Below are positions 24,875 through 37,070 of a stretch of DNA of 64,000 nucleotides, one piece after another (position 1 is the first letter of the stretch; each line of letters opens with the position of its first letter). The position numbers and the translations under genes are program-made. The stretch comes from Scyliorhinus canicula (lineage: Eukaryota), in NCBI RefSeq assembly GCF_902713615.1, contig NC_052176.1, forward strand, positions 1,550,001 through 1,614,000, in the 5' to 3' direction. The notes beneath the pieces were generated by a model. That model was not told where the DNA came from and did no database searches. It worked only from the letters and a program-made list of their open reading frames with translations.

Positions 24875-25660
24875 GATTGGATTGGGTTTGTTTATTGTCA
24901 CATGTACCGAGGTACAGTGAAAATTATTTTTCTGCGAGCAGCTCAAACAGATCATTAAGTACATTAAAAGAAAAGGGAATAAAAGAAAATACATAATAGG
25001 GCAACACAAGGTACAACAATGTAACTACATGGACACCGGCATAGGGTGAAGCATGCAGGGGTGTAGTACTAATCAGGTCAGTCCATAAAAGGGTCATTTA
25101 GGAGTCTGGTAACAGCGGGGAAGAAGCTAATTTTCAGTCAGTCCGTGCGTGTTCTCAGACTTTCGTATCTCCTGCCCGATGGAAGAAGTTGCAAGAGTGA
25201 GTAAGCCGGGTGGGAGGGGGCTTTGATTTTGCTGCCCGCTTTCCCCAGGCAGCGGGAGGTGTAGACGGAGTCAATGGATGGGAGGCAGGTTCGTCTGATG
25301 GACTGGGCTGTGTTCACGACTCTCTGAAGTTCCTTGCGGTCCTGGGCCGAGCAGTTGCCATACCAGGCTGTGATGCAGGCAGATAGGATGCTTTCTATGG
25401 CGCATCTGTAAACGTTGGCAAGAGTCAATGTGGACATGCCGAATTTCCTTAGTTTCCTGAGGATGCATAGGCGCCGTTGGGTTTTCTTGGTGGTAGCGCC
25501 GGCGTGGGTGGACCAGGACAGATTGTTGGTGATGTGCACCCCTAGGAATTTGAATCTGTCAACCATCACCACCTGGGCCCCGTTGATGCTGACGGGGGTG
25601 GGGGTATACAGTACTTTGCTTCCTGAAGTCAATTGCTACTGTTTAGTTTTGCTGGAGGGA
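24875..25660 (-). mobile_element. Rex1/Babar-type LINE 3' fragment
   Basis: FKFLGVHITNNLSWS...LRKLRKFGMS...ESILSACITAWYGNCS...LLPSGRRY. Confidence 0.85.
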
Positions 25661-25949
25661 GAGATTGAGGAAATGAAGAAAATGAAAATCGCTTATTGTC
25701 ACAAGTAGGCTTCAAATGAAGTTACTGTGAAAAGCCCCTAGTCGCCACATTCTGGCACCTGTTCGGGGAGGCTGGTACGGTAGGCTTGTTATCGCTGTAC
25801 CACTCCATGTACCGTTCCTTTAAGGTGTGTTTTTCAAGAGCGGAGTTTGGAAATGCTCGTGTAGAAGCCAGAGTTCTGGACTTTGTTCCATTCTGGTTAA
25901 ATTATCATTATTATGTGGACTCCTTCAATGGATGGACTACAGATCCCAG

Positions 25950-26102
25950 AAGGCCCCGCGCGCGGAGGTCACCGCCCCCCGCTCTGATTGGCCCATCCTC
26001 TTGGGCGGGACCCGATGCCCCGGTAGTGCTTCGGGGGAGGTGCAAAATCACAACATTTTCCAACGGGCTGGACGGAGCGGCAGCTCGGCGTGAGAAGAAG
26101 CG
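25950..26102 (+). promoter_or_regulatory. MACROD1 CpG-island promoter / 5' UTR
   Basis: CpG-rich with reverse CCAAT (GATTGG near 25986), GGGCGG and an AGGTCA half-site, directly upstream of exon 1. Confidence 0.6.
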
Positions 26103-26457
26103 ATGGAGAGAATGGCATCCGGGCTCGGGCGGAGCCGCCTGCTGCGCTGGGGCGGGCGGGCCTTGGCGCAGGCGCGGAGGGCGTCGGCCTGGGGCGCGCG
26201 GCCGGGCCAACGGTCGGCCGGCGTTGGCGGCGGGCCCGCGCCTGCGCGCTGGCTCGTTGCCGGCCGAGGCGGCGGCCCCGCGCCTGCGCGCTGGCTCGTT
26301 GCCGGCCGAGGCGGCGGCCCCGCGCCTGCGCGCTGGCTGGCTGCCGGCGGGACACGCCCCCCGCACTCGGTGCCGACGAGCGAGGCGGCCACCGGCGCCA
26401 TGAGCCCCGAGGACTTTCACTCCGCTCGCCCCAGCACCGACTGGAAAGTGGCCAAAA
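26103..26457 (+). CDS. MACROD1: MACROD1 exon 1 (Arg-rich mitochondrial presequence-like N-terminus to ...STDWKVAK)
   Basis: MERMASGLGRSRLLRWGGRALAQARR...STDWKVAK then A|GTAAGT (phase 1). Resembles human MACROD1 STDWKEAK. Confidence 0.85.
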
Positions 26458-27812
26458 GTAAGTGTCACTGCAGCCCCCACACACATCAAACACTTCAGTC
26501 TACACCTATTGCTGAAAAAAAAAAGCTCAGACTTCGCCAGGGTGGTAAACCTCCAGCGTTGGGACAAACACAAGAATGCCAAATTTCCGAGGGAGGGATG
26601 AGGATCGGTTCCCTGATCGGTCGGCGTGTCATCTCTGGTTGGCTGAGGCGCTGCCGGTGGGCTGGTTTAGCTCAGTGTGCTAGACTGCTGGTTCGTGAGG
26701 CAGAACAAGGCCAGCAGCGCGGGTTCAATTCCCGTACCGGCCTCCCCGAATAGGCGCCGGAATGTGGTGACTAGGGGATTTTCACAGTAACTTCATATTT
26801 CTGACAATAAAAGATTGCTTTTATTATTATTATCTGGCGACGAGGGTGGGATTTACCGGCTGCTCGCGCCGGCGGGAAATCCCGGTCCCACCGGCATTGA
26901 GGGGCGCAGCTGACGGCGGGGTGGGAGATCCCGCTGTCCACCCGTCCCATCCTGCCTGAAAACACGAACTGGGGTGCTCGTTCAATCCTGTCCCTGTCGT
27001 CAGGTTTTTTTTAATTACCAAAAAAAAGAGGCAATGCTTGGTCCTGTTCTTTCTGTTTGCGCAGGACAAGCCCATATATGCGTGACTGGACGCAGTTTCT
27101 CAGAGGCGAAAGTGAGCCACGTTGCGAGCCCGACTGCAATGTTACATTGTTAACGTAATCCTTGGCGCACTCTGGGGTTGTTCAGCAAGTGCTGCCCGAT
27201 TGCAGATTCACCTTCAACACCCGACGTCGCGTTCGGAGTTTTCCTTGCCGCCGCGTTTTCATCTTGCCCGCACCGTCGTCCTCACAGAGTCACGGCATTG
27301 TTATGGCGTAGAAGGGTCCATTCGGCCCATCGCGTTCGCCAAATGAATTTCGTGCTGTTCCCCTGCCTTCACCCCCCCCCCCGTCTGCACATTGTTTCTG
27401 TTCAAATAATCATCTAGCACTCTTTTGAATGCATCGATTGAACTGCTTCTCTTCAAATAATCGTCTAACGCACTCTTGAACGCATTTGACGCAGTGCATT
27501 CCACACCCAACCTACTCGCTGCGTATGAAGGTTTTTTTCTCATGTCACATTTTCTTCTTTTGCAAACCTGTGCCCTCTTCGGGAACAGTTTCTCCCCATC
27601 TACTCTGTTCCACCCAAACCCCCCTCCCCCACATAATTTTGAACATCTGTATCAAATCTCCCCTCAGCCCTCTTCTCCCCAAGGAGATCAGTCCCAGGCT
27701 CTCCAATCTATCCTCGTAACTGAAGTTGCTCATCCCTGGAAACGTTCTCGTTAACCTCGCCGGTTGACCAGGTCTGCTCCTGGGAAAGGCCCAACTTTCA
27801 ATTTTATCCCTC

Positions 27813-27990
27813 TGGGCTGGTTTAGCACACTGGGCTAAATAGCTGGCTTTTAAAGCAAACCAAGGCAGGCCAGCAGCATCAATTCCCGTACCAGCCTCCC
27901 CGAACAGGCGCCAGAATGTGGCGACTAGGGGCTTTTCAGAGTAACTTCATTTGAAGCCTACTTGTGACAATAAGCCATTTTCATTTCATT
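27813..27990 (+). mobile_element. Short (about 175 bp) tRNA-head SINE sharing the cccgaacaggcgcc tail, representative copy
   Basis: gggctggtttagc...ttcccgtacc head fused directly to the tail. Other copies near 11876-12047(-), 23771-23942(-), 26659-26832, 34047-34208(-), 42998-43145 and 48294-48473(-). Confidence 0.8.
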
Positions 27991-30900
27991 GTTTTGAATA
28001 GGTTGGGAGCGAATGAAAGCACTTTGTAAAAGTTTATCCGACATTAAGATTCTTCCTCACAACCAATGTTACACTGCCATATTGTGGTGTGCGTTTATAT
28101 CGCGCCTTCAATCTGATTCAAACACCCCTCTTCCTTTTCCATCTTGGCCAAGTCTCGGAAAAGCACTATAGGTTTGATCACAAAGTTATCACAGCCTCAT
28201 AGAATGTACAGTGCAGACGGAGGCCGTTCAGCCCATCGAGTCCGCATCGGCCCTTGGAAAGAGCGCCCCACACAAGCCCACACCTCCACGCTAGGCCCAC
28301 AACCCAGTAACCCCACCGAACCTTTTTGGACACTAAGGGCAATTTAGGATGGCCAATCCACCCAACCTGCACATCTTTGGACTGTGGGAGGAAACCGGAG
28401 CACCCGGAGGAAACCCACGTAGACATGGGGAGGAACGTGCAGACTCCTCACAGACAGTGACCCAAGCCGGGAATTGAACTTGGGACCCTGGAGGTGCTAA
28501 CCACTGTGCTACCGTGCCGTCCATAAGTTGTTGACTTTCTTTTTAAATATAAATTTAGAGTACCCAATTATTTTTTTTCCAATTGAGAGGCAATTTAGCG
28601 CGGCCAATCCACCTACCCTGAACATCTTTGGGTTGTGGGAGCGAAACCCACGCAAACACAGGGAGAATGCGCAAACTCCACACGGACAGTGACCCGGGGC
28701 CGGTATCGAATCCAGGTCCTCGGTGCCGTGAGGCAGCAGTGCTAACCACTGCGTCACTGTGCCACCCTGGAAAGTTACTGACGAGATAGTGCTGGGAGCT
28801 GTAGAAATATATTCCACCAGGTGCAGTTTGTAGGAGCCTGAGAACATGTCAACGCAGAAGGAGACTATAAGCCCTGGAAACTAGTCCTCGCCAAGCAACA
28901 GTCCAATTGACTTTCGCAAACTCCAACCTTTGGCACCGAGGTACATGGTAGAGATATTTGACCAAATCTTTGGTCGACGGGGCAGGTTTTAAGGAGCATC
29001 TTTCAAGAGGAGGGGAGGGAATTTCAGAGATTGACGCTTAAGAGACCGGAAAGTCATGGTGAGGTTTTGGAAATGGGTGATGTGCAGGAGGTCAGCATTA
29101 TTGGCCGTCATTTCCCACCAATGTTTGCCATTCGGTTTCACAGTAACTGCTGTCACTATCTGTCTCCAGGTGTCAACTGTGTGGAATGAATCCGTCCGCC
29201 GTCGCCTTCTTGCGCATTTACAAACGGCTTGTGTTCAGCAGTTAGCACGGTAGCACGGTGGTTAGCACGTTTGCTTCACAGCGCCAAGGTCTTCGGGTTC
29301 GATTCCCGGCTTGGGGTCACTGTCTGTGCGAAGTCTGCACGTTCTCCCCGCCGTGTCTGCATGGATTTCCTCCGGGCGCTCCGGTTTCCTCCCACAAAGT
29401 CCCGAAAGACGTGCTTGTCGGGTGAATTGGACATTCTGAATTCTCGCTCCGTGTACCCGAACAGGCGCCGGAATGTGGCGACGAGGAGATTTTCACAGTA
29501 ACGTCATTGCAGTGTTTAGTAAGCCCACTTGTGACACTCAAAGATTATTATTATTAATAAACATGACCATCGTATTACTACTCTACAATAAAAGGGCAGA
29601 ACCGGCCGGGGACTGTTAAACTCCGGAACATGGGAGCACGAGTGAGGCCATTCGGCCCATTGAATAAAATCACATCTGATTTGGTTGAGGTCTCAACTCC
29701 ATTTTCCCTGTCTGTCCACTCATCAGCCCTTGACAACCCACCAGCCCCTTTAGATCGGCTAGTCTAACCCTGCTCTGTGACCCAGCCTCGAGTGCATTCG
29801 GTGGGGGAGAGAATTCCACATACCGACGGCCCTCGGAGGGAAGAAAATCGGACGGATCCTCTGGCCTTCTAGCCGCGTGTTTCTCAGTCCGTGAAATCCA
29901 CGGGCAACGGTGGAATTGCCCTTGGGGGCCACAGAATCTGGTCTTTTCATCCCCTTCGTTAAAACCCCCTCCTCCTGGATCACCTTCTCCATCTCCCTGG
30001 AATTATATATTTTTTGAAATATTTTCGTCGGCATTTCAAATTTTCTTTGTGAAAATATTTTTTGCTGCCGTTTCAAATCTCCCTGGTATTCTTTCTGTGT
30101 CCCCTCATCCTGATCGCCCCCACGAATGGGTCCATACTGCTGATATCCACCCTGTCAAGTCCCCTCAGGATCTTCCATGTTTCAGTAAGATCAATTCTTG
30201 TTCTTCTGAACTCCTGACGGGAGCGGGTCACAGACCTAGGGCAGCACGGTAGCACAAGCGGATAGCACCATGGATTCACAGCGCCAGGGTCCCAGGGTCG
30301 ATTCCCTGCTGGGACACTGGCTGTTCGGAGTCTGCACGTTCTCCCCGTGTCTGCGTGTGTTTCCTCCGGGTGCTCCGGTTTCCCCCCCACAATCCAAAGA
30401 CGTGCGGGTTAGGTGGATTGGCCGTGATAGATCTCCCTTAGTGACCAAGAAGGTTAGGAGGGGTTATTGGGTCACGGGGATAGGGTGGAAGTGAGGGCTT
30501 AAGTGGGTCGGTGCAGACTCGATGGGCCGAATGGCCTCCTTCTGCACTGTATGTTCTATGTTCTAACCAGTTCCACCTTCCTTCATAAGGTAGGTTCCTC
30601 ATCCCAAGAACGGCAAGGTGGCGCAGTGATGGATTGACCACGCTAAATTGCCCCTGAATTGGGAAAAAATGAATTGGCTACTCTAAATTTATTTTCAAAA
30701 AGTTGCTCAGGAATGGGTCGAGCGGACTGCTCTTAACCGCAGCTAGCTTCTTCAAATAATAAGACCAAATATGTACACGGTATTGGGTTTGATTTATTGT
30801 CACATGTTCCGAAGTACAGTGAAAAGTATTTTTCTGCTGCCAAAGAATCGTACACAGTACGTCGTATATAGTAGACAAAAAAGAATATTCAACAGTGCAC

Positions 30901-32564
30901 ATTGACAAATGGTACATCGACAAACAGTGATTGGTTACAGTGCGGAACAAGGGGCCAAACAAAGCAAAATACATGACCAAGAGCTGGTGCAGACTCGATG
31001 GGCCGAATGTCCGCCTTCTGCACTGTAAATTCTATGAAAATTACAGTGCGGAACAAGGGGCCAAACAAAGCAGATACATGAGCAAGAGCAGCATAGGGCG
31101 TCGTGAATAGTGTTCTTACAGGGAATAGATCAGTCCGAGGGGGGAGTCGTTGAGGAGTCTGGTAGCCGTGGGGAAGAAGCTGTTCCTATGTCTGGATGTG
31201 CGGGTCTTCAGACTTCTGCCTGATGGAAGGGTCTGGAAGAGGGCAAAGCCTGGGTGGGAGGGGGTCTCTGACAATGCTGCCTGCCTTCCTGAGGCAGCGG
31301 GAGGCGGAGACAGAATCAATGGGAGGGCGGAGAGATCCCAGATGTGGAGTGGAAAATAAAATAGGACTTAAAACGAATAGATAGATAGAGAAATACAGCA
31401 CAGAACAGGCCCTTCGGCCCACGATGTTGCGCCGAACTTTTGTCCTAGGTTAATCATAGAATTTTGGACAATTTGTCATGGCCAATCCACCCAACCTGCA
31501 CATCTTTGGAATGACCGCTCCTTGGCCCGTTAACCTCCTTCCCTGCCTTGCTCGGAGGCTGTTCATAGTTTACGGAAGTCGGGCAGGAACACACTTCATC
31601 TCAATTCCTCTCTTCCGACACATATATTCTCCAGGCCCCCTGCCGGTGGCGCACCCCCTCCCCGCGAGTTTCCCCGGCCGCGTGGGGAGCCTTTGATGGG
31701 AATTCAGATTCGGCCAAGAAACATGCGGCTGGGAAGCCGGGGTAACCCTCCCCACCGTGTTTCTCAGTTCCAAGATAAACCATAAACAGCACCTCAGCAA
31801 AGATTTACAAAACCACCAATGTGCTCCCAACCTTGCTGCAGCCAAAGTTGCGGAATATTTATCGCCAGATGCTAAGTGAGAATATTCCACCACAACGGTC
31901 GTCTGGTACTTAGCCGGGGCGGGGGGTGGGGTGGGGTGGGGAAGGGGGGGGGGGGGGGGGATGTACATAATCAGATTAAAAAAAAAGACAATTCCAATTC
32001 AGGGGCCAGTTTATCGTGGCCGACCCACCTCTCCTGCATATCCTTTTGGGGTCGGGAGGGATGGGGGAGGGGGGGGGGGGGGGGGGGGGTGGGAACTCTC
32101 GCAGACCCGGGGGAGGACGCGCAAACTCCACACGGACGGTAACCCAGGTGCCGGGATCCAATCTCCGGCGCCGTGAAGCAGCAGCAGTGCTAACCGCTGC
32201 GCCGCCGTGCCTCCCTGCGCACGCTGGGATTCTAACATTCAAAATAGTTTACGGTCACAGCTATGGGGGGGGGGGGGGGGGGGGGGGGGGAGTGTAGCAG
32301 GGGCAAAAAGCACCAACTCCAATCACAGGGATTTCGAAGAGTATTGAAATACAGCCACTGATCATGTCCATGCGTGGCTTACCATTTTCCTGCTCCCCAT
32401 TTGCAATTTAAGTTAACAAAGTTTGGGGTGGGGGTGAGGGCTGTGAGGTGAGGGCAGGATTGAGACATTACAATGTGTGGCCACTCTGCCTTCGCGTTCA
32501 GGGGTTAGGTTGACATAGTGGCTCCCGGACTGATGATGCGTGAGTTCAAATCCCGCCACAGAAA

Positions 32565-32772
32565 CTGGGAGGAGGGGAGGCGGGGGGGAGGGAGGGGGGG
32601 GGAGGGAGCGGGGGGAGCGGGGGGAGGGGGGGGAGGGGGAGCGGGGGGAGGGGGGGGGAGGGAGGGGGGGGAGGGGGGAGGGGGGGAGGGAGGGAGGGGG
32701 GTGGGGGGGGAGGGAGGGAGGGAGGGAGGGGGGGGAGGGGGGGAGAGGGGGGGGGAGAGGGGGGGGGGGGAG
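32565..32772. repeat. G/A low-complexity tract
   Basis: Direct reading; lies inside a SacSINE1-like head. Confidence 0.9.
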
Positions 32773-33069
32773 GCGAATTTAAATGTAGTTCCGGATTAAA
32801 TTCTTCAATAAACAGGCGGTGTCATCAATGGTAACCAATGGCATGTCAGCTACGACTCTCACCGACTTCTACAGATGCACCATGGAAAGCATTCTTTCTG
32901 GGTTTCCTCCGGGCGCTCCGGTTTCCTCCCACAAGTCCCCGAAAGACGTGCTTGTTGGGTGAATTGGACATTCTGAATTCTCCCTCTGTGTACCCGAACA
33001 GGCGCCGGAGTGTGGCAACTAGGGGATTTCCCCCACCCTCGGAAATTTGGAAGTGTCACTATGGTGACA

Positions 33070-33600
33070 CCTTCTTCCCTTTCCAAAGGAAATTTGGCTT
33101 GTCACTTACGACTCTCACCAACTTCTACAGATGCATTCTTTCTGGCTGTATCACAGCTTGGTATGGATCCTGCTCTGCCCAAGACTGCAGGAAACTACAA
33201 ACAGTCGTAAATGTAGCCCAGTCCATCTGGCAAACCAGCCTCACATCCATCGTCTCTGTCTACAATTCCCGCTGCCTCGGGAAAGGCAGCATAATTAAGG
33301 GCCCCACGCACCCCGGCCGTACTCTCTTCCACCTCCTTCCGTCAGGAAAAAGAGACGAAAGTTTGAGGTCACGTACCAACCGACTCAAGAACAGCTTCTT
33401 CCCTCCTGCCATCAGACTTTTGACTGGACCCACCTCGTATTGAGTTGATCTTTTCTCTACACCCTTGCTATAACTGTAACATTATATTCTGCAGTCTCTC
33501 CTTCCTTCCCTATGGACGGTATGCATTGTCTGCAAGAAACAATACTTTTCACTGTATGCTAATACATGTGACAATAATAAATCAAATCAAAATCAAATCT
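33070..33600 (+). mobile_element. Rex1/Babar-type LINE 3' fragment
   Basis: TNFYRC...GCITAWYGSCS...RLKNSFFP; aatca-repeat tail. Confidence 0.8.
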
Positions 33601-33744
33601 TAAAAACTCATCTGCTTCACTGATGCCCTTTGAGGATGATAAGCTGCCGTTCTCCAGCCTAATAGGCCTCTGCAGAAAGAGGTACCATCAGGGTCACAAA
33701 CACAGAACCTCTTTTGTTTGTTTTTCTCTCTCTCTCGCACGAAG

Positions 33745-33846
33745 AGCACCTGGAGAAAATTGACCGCCCAGAAAGACGCAGATACTACAGAGCCGGACAA
33801 TATGTCACCCTGGATGAGATTCCAACGTGGAAAGACCTGGCTGAAG
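33745..33846 (+). CDS. MACROD1: MACROD1 exon 2 (102 nt)
   Basis: Polypyrimidine tract and aag|AG; (K)HLEKIDRPERRRYYRAGQYVTLDEIPTWKDLAE; G|GTGAGT. The IPTWK motif is shared with MACROD1. Confidence 0.9.
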
Positions 33847-34502
33847 GTGAGTCATATGTTGCTGACGCTTGTCGGGCGGCACGGGGAGCACAGCGGCTCG
33901 CACTGTTGCTTCACAGCGCCAGGGACCCGGGTTCGATTCCCGGGCTTGGGCCACTGCGCGGAGTCTGCACGTTCTCCCCCCCCCCCCCCCCGTGTCTGCG
34001 TGGGTTTCCTCCAGGCGCTCCGGTTTCCTCCCGCAAGTCCCGAAAGAAATGAAATGAAATGAAAATCGCTTATTGTCACGAGTAGACTTCAAATGAAGTT
34101 ACTGTGAAAAGCCCCTAGTCGCCACATTCCGGCGCCTGTTCGGGGAGGCTGTTACGGTAATCGAACCGTGCTGCTGGCCTCCTCTCAAAGCCAGCGATTT
34201 AGCCCTGTGTGCTTGTCGGGTGAATTGGACATTCGGAATTCTCCCTCCGCGTACCCGAACAGGCGCCGGAATGTGGCGACGAGGGGCTTTTCACAGTAAC
34301 TTCACTGCAGTGTTAATGTGAGCCTACTTGTGACACTAATAAAGATTGTTATTATTGAAAGAACGAGCTCGGAGGAGAAGGTCCATCAGTGCTCTCTGTA
34401 GGGTGAAATGTTCCTCGTATGACCTTTCAGCCAGAAAGTAAGGGGGGGGAAGGTTCTGTTGTTTGGAGGGGACGAGGGGTGGCTGAGGGGGTCTCCAGTT
34501 CT

Positions 34503-34816
34503 TTTTTTTTAACAGACAATTTTATTGAGGTATTTTTGGCACTGTAAACAGTAACAATATACGTTAGTGTGCAGATACCACTTACAGAAAACAGTGCAAA
34601 TAACAGTACCATTCTCGCAGATAGACCCGCCTATTCTTCCCCCCTACTCTACACTATTCTAACCTCCCCCCCCCCCCCGCTGACGATTAGTTCCCCGTGA
34701 AGAAGTCGATGAATGGTTGCCACCTCCGGGCGAACCCCGAGAGTGATCCTCGTAAGGCCAACTTGATTGTTTTCCAAGCCGAGAAAGCTTGCCATGTCCG
34801 ACAGCCAGACATCGGT
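34503..34816 (-). mobile_element. Short L1 3'-end fragment
   Basis: Poly-T tail; 16-bp TSD gggggtctccagttct (34487-34502 and 34817-34832); ORF2 C-terminus remnant. Confidence 0.75.
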
Positions 34817-35949
34817 GGGGGTCTCCAGTTCTACTTCTCCATAAGAGCAGGTGTCGGCCATTTGGCCCATCGAGTCTGCTCTGCCATTCAGTGAGATTGT
34901 GACATCTGATGTGATAATCCCCAACTCTCCCGCCTTACCTCCACAACCCTCGATTCCCGACTAATTAAAAACTCTCCACCTCTGCCTGGAGCAGACATTA
35001 CGGCCCAGCGCATTTCGCCCTCTGCTGCGGTAAAGAAATCCGCAACTCTTCTTTTACAATGATGGGACCAGAAATGTGTGGGTACGCCAATCCATGGAAT
35101 CGCTACAGTGCAGAAGGAGGCCATTTGGCCCATCGAGTGTGAGCCGAACCTCCGACAGAGCACTCTACCTGGGCCCACTCTCCATCCCCGTCCCCGTGAC
35201 CCCGGGCATTGATCGTGGCCAACCCACCTCACCTGCACATCTTTGGACTGTGGGTGGAAACCGGAGCACCCGGAGGAAAACCCACGCAGACACGGTGGGT
35301 GGGTGGGGGGGGGGGGGGGGGGGGGAACGTGCGAACCACACAGCCACCCGAGGCCGGAATCGAGGCCGAATCCCTGGAGCCGCGAGGCAGCAGTGCCAAC
35401 CACTGTGCCGCCTCAGAAAAGGATTGGCAGGGCGGCGCAGTGGTTGGCGGCGCTGCCTCACGGCGCACGAGAACCCGGGTTCGAATCCCGGCCCCGGGTC
35501 ACTGTCCCTGTGGAGTTTGCACATTCTCCCCTTGTCTGCGTGCGTCACGCCCCCTCAACCCACAGATGTGCAGGGCGGGTGGATTGGCCATGCTAAATTG
35601 CCCCCTTAATTGGAAAAAGAATTGGGTACTCTAAATTTATTTATTTTTTTAAATAGGAAAGGACTGACAGGCTTGGACTCCTCTTCCTTAAGGCTGAGGG
35701 TGACCTGACGGAGCTGTTGAAAATTCCGAAAGGTTTTGATAAGAGTAGACACGGAGAGAATGCTTCCTCTTGTGAGGTTAGAACATGAACTGGAGGCCAT
35801 CAGCATAAGATCGTCACCAAGAAATCCAGCAGGGAATTCAGTAGAAACCTTACCCAGAGAGCGGCAAGAATGTGAACTCACTACCAGAGTGGTTGAAGCG
35901 AACAGCACGATGCATTGAAAGGGGGGGAAGTGTATTTACCAGGGCCCAA

Positions 35950-37070
35950 GGACCAGGATGTTGCCTGGTATGGAGGGAAGATCTTATGAGGGAAGGCTGA
36001 GGGACTTGAGGCTGTTTTCGTTAGAGAGTTAAGAGGTGACTTAATTGAGGCATACAAGATGATCAGAGGATTAGATAGGGTGGACAGTGAGAGCCTTTTT
36101 CCTCGGATGGTGATGTCCAGCACGAGGGGACATAGCTTTAAATTGAGGGGGCTAGATATAGGACAGATGTCAGAGGTAGGTTCCTTACTCAGAGAGTAGT
36201 AAGGGCGTGGAATGCCCTGCCTACAACAGTAGTGGACTCGCCAACACTAAACGCATTCAAATGGTCATCGGATAGGCATATGGACGATAAGGGAATAGTG
36301 TAGATAGGCTTCAGAGAGGTTTCACAGGTCGGCACAACATCGAGGGCCGAAGGGTCTGTACTGCGCTGTAATGTTCTATGTTCTATGTATGATGGAGAAG
36401 AGAATAGCGAGTTATGAGGTTTAGCCGAGGAGAGGTTGGAGGATGTCAGTGTGTCAGCAAAGCATGCTTTAATTACATTGTTACGGTCGCCTGGACAGCT
36501 CTTAATAGTGGTGAACCAGAGCCATAACAAAGAACAAAGAAAAGTACAGCACAGGAACAGGCCCTTCGGCCCTCCAAGCCTGCGCCGACCATGCTGCCTG
36601 TCTAAACTAAAATCTTCTACACTTACGTATCCCTCTAGTCCCATCCTATTCATGTATTTGTCAAGATGCCCCTTAAATGTCACTATCGTCCCGGCTTCCA
36701 CCACCTCCTCCGGCAGCGAGTTCCAGGCACCCACTACCCTCTGTGTAAAAAACATGCCTTGTACATCTCCTCTAAACCTTGCCCCTCGCGCCTTGGACCT
36801 ATGCCCCCTAGTAATTGACCCCTCTACCTGGGAAAAAGCCTCTGACTATCCACTCTGTCTATGCCCCTCATAATTTTGTAGACCTCTATCAGGTCGCCCC
36901 TCAACCTCCGTTGTTCCAGTGAGAACAAACTGAGTTTATTCAACCTCTCCTCATAGCTAATGCCCTCCATACCAGGCAACATCCTGGTAAATCTCTGCTG
37001 CACCCTCTCTAAAGCCTCCACATCCTTCTGGTAGTGTGGCGACCTGAATTGAACACTATACTTCAAGTGT
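35950..37070. mobile_element. Two opposed CR1 3' fragments (about 35950-36390 plus, about 36525-37070 minus)
   Basis: RGDLIE and FFTQRVVGAWNSLP motifs; tails ending in ttctatg or ctttgtt repeats. Confidence 0.85.

Noticed and set aside
25786-26582. Overlapping GC-rich ORFs around MACROD1 exon 1
   Set aside because: CpG-island stop depletion; only the 26103 frame has MACROD1 similarity and a fitting splice donor.
26659-26740. tRNA-like sequences with A and B boxes (many copies)
   Set aside because: They are SINE heads continuing into SINE bodies and tails; no complete cloverleaf was identified.
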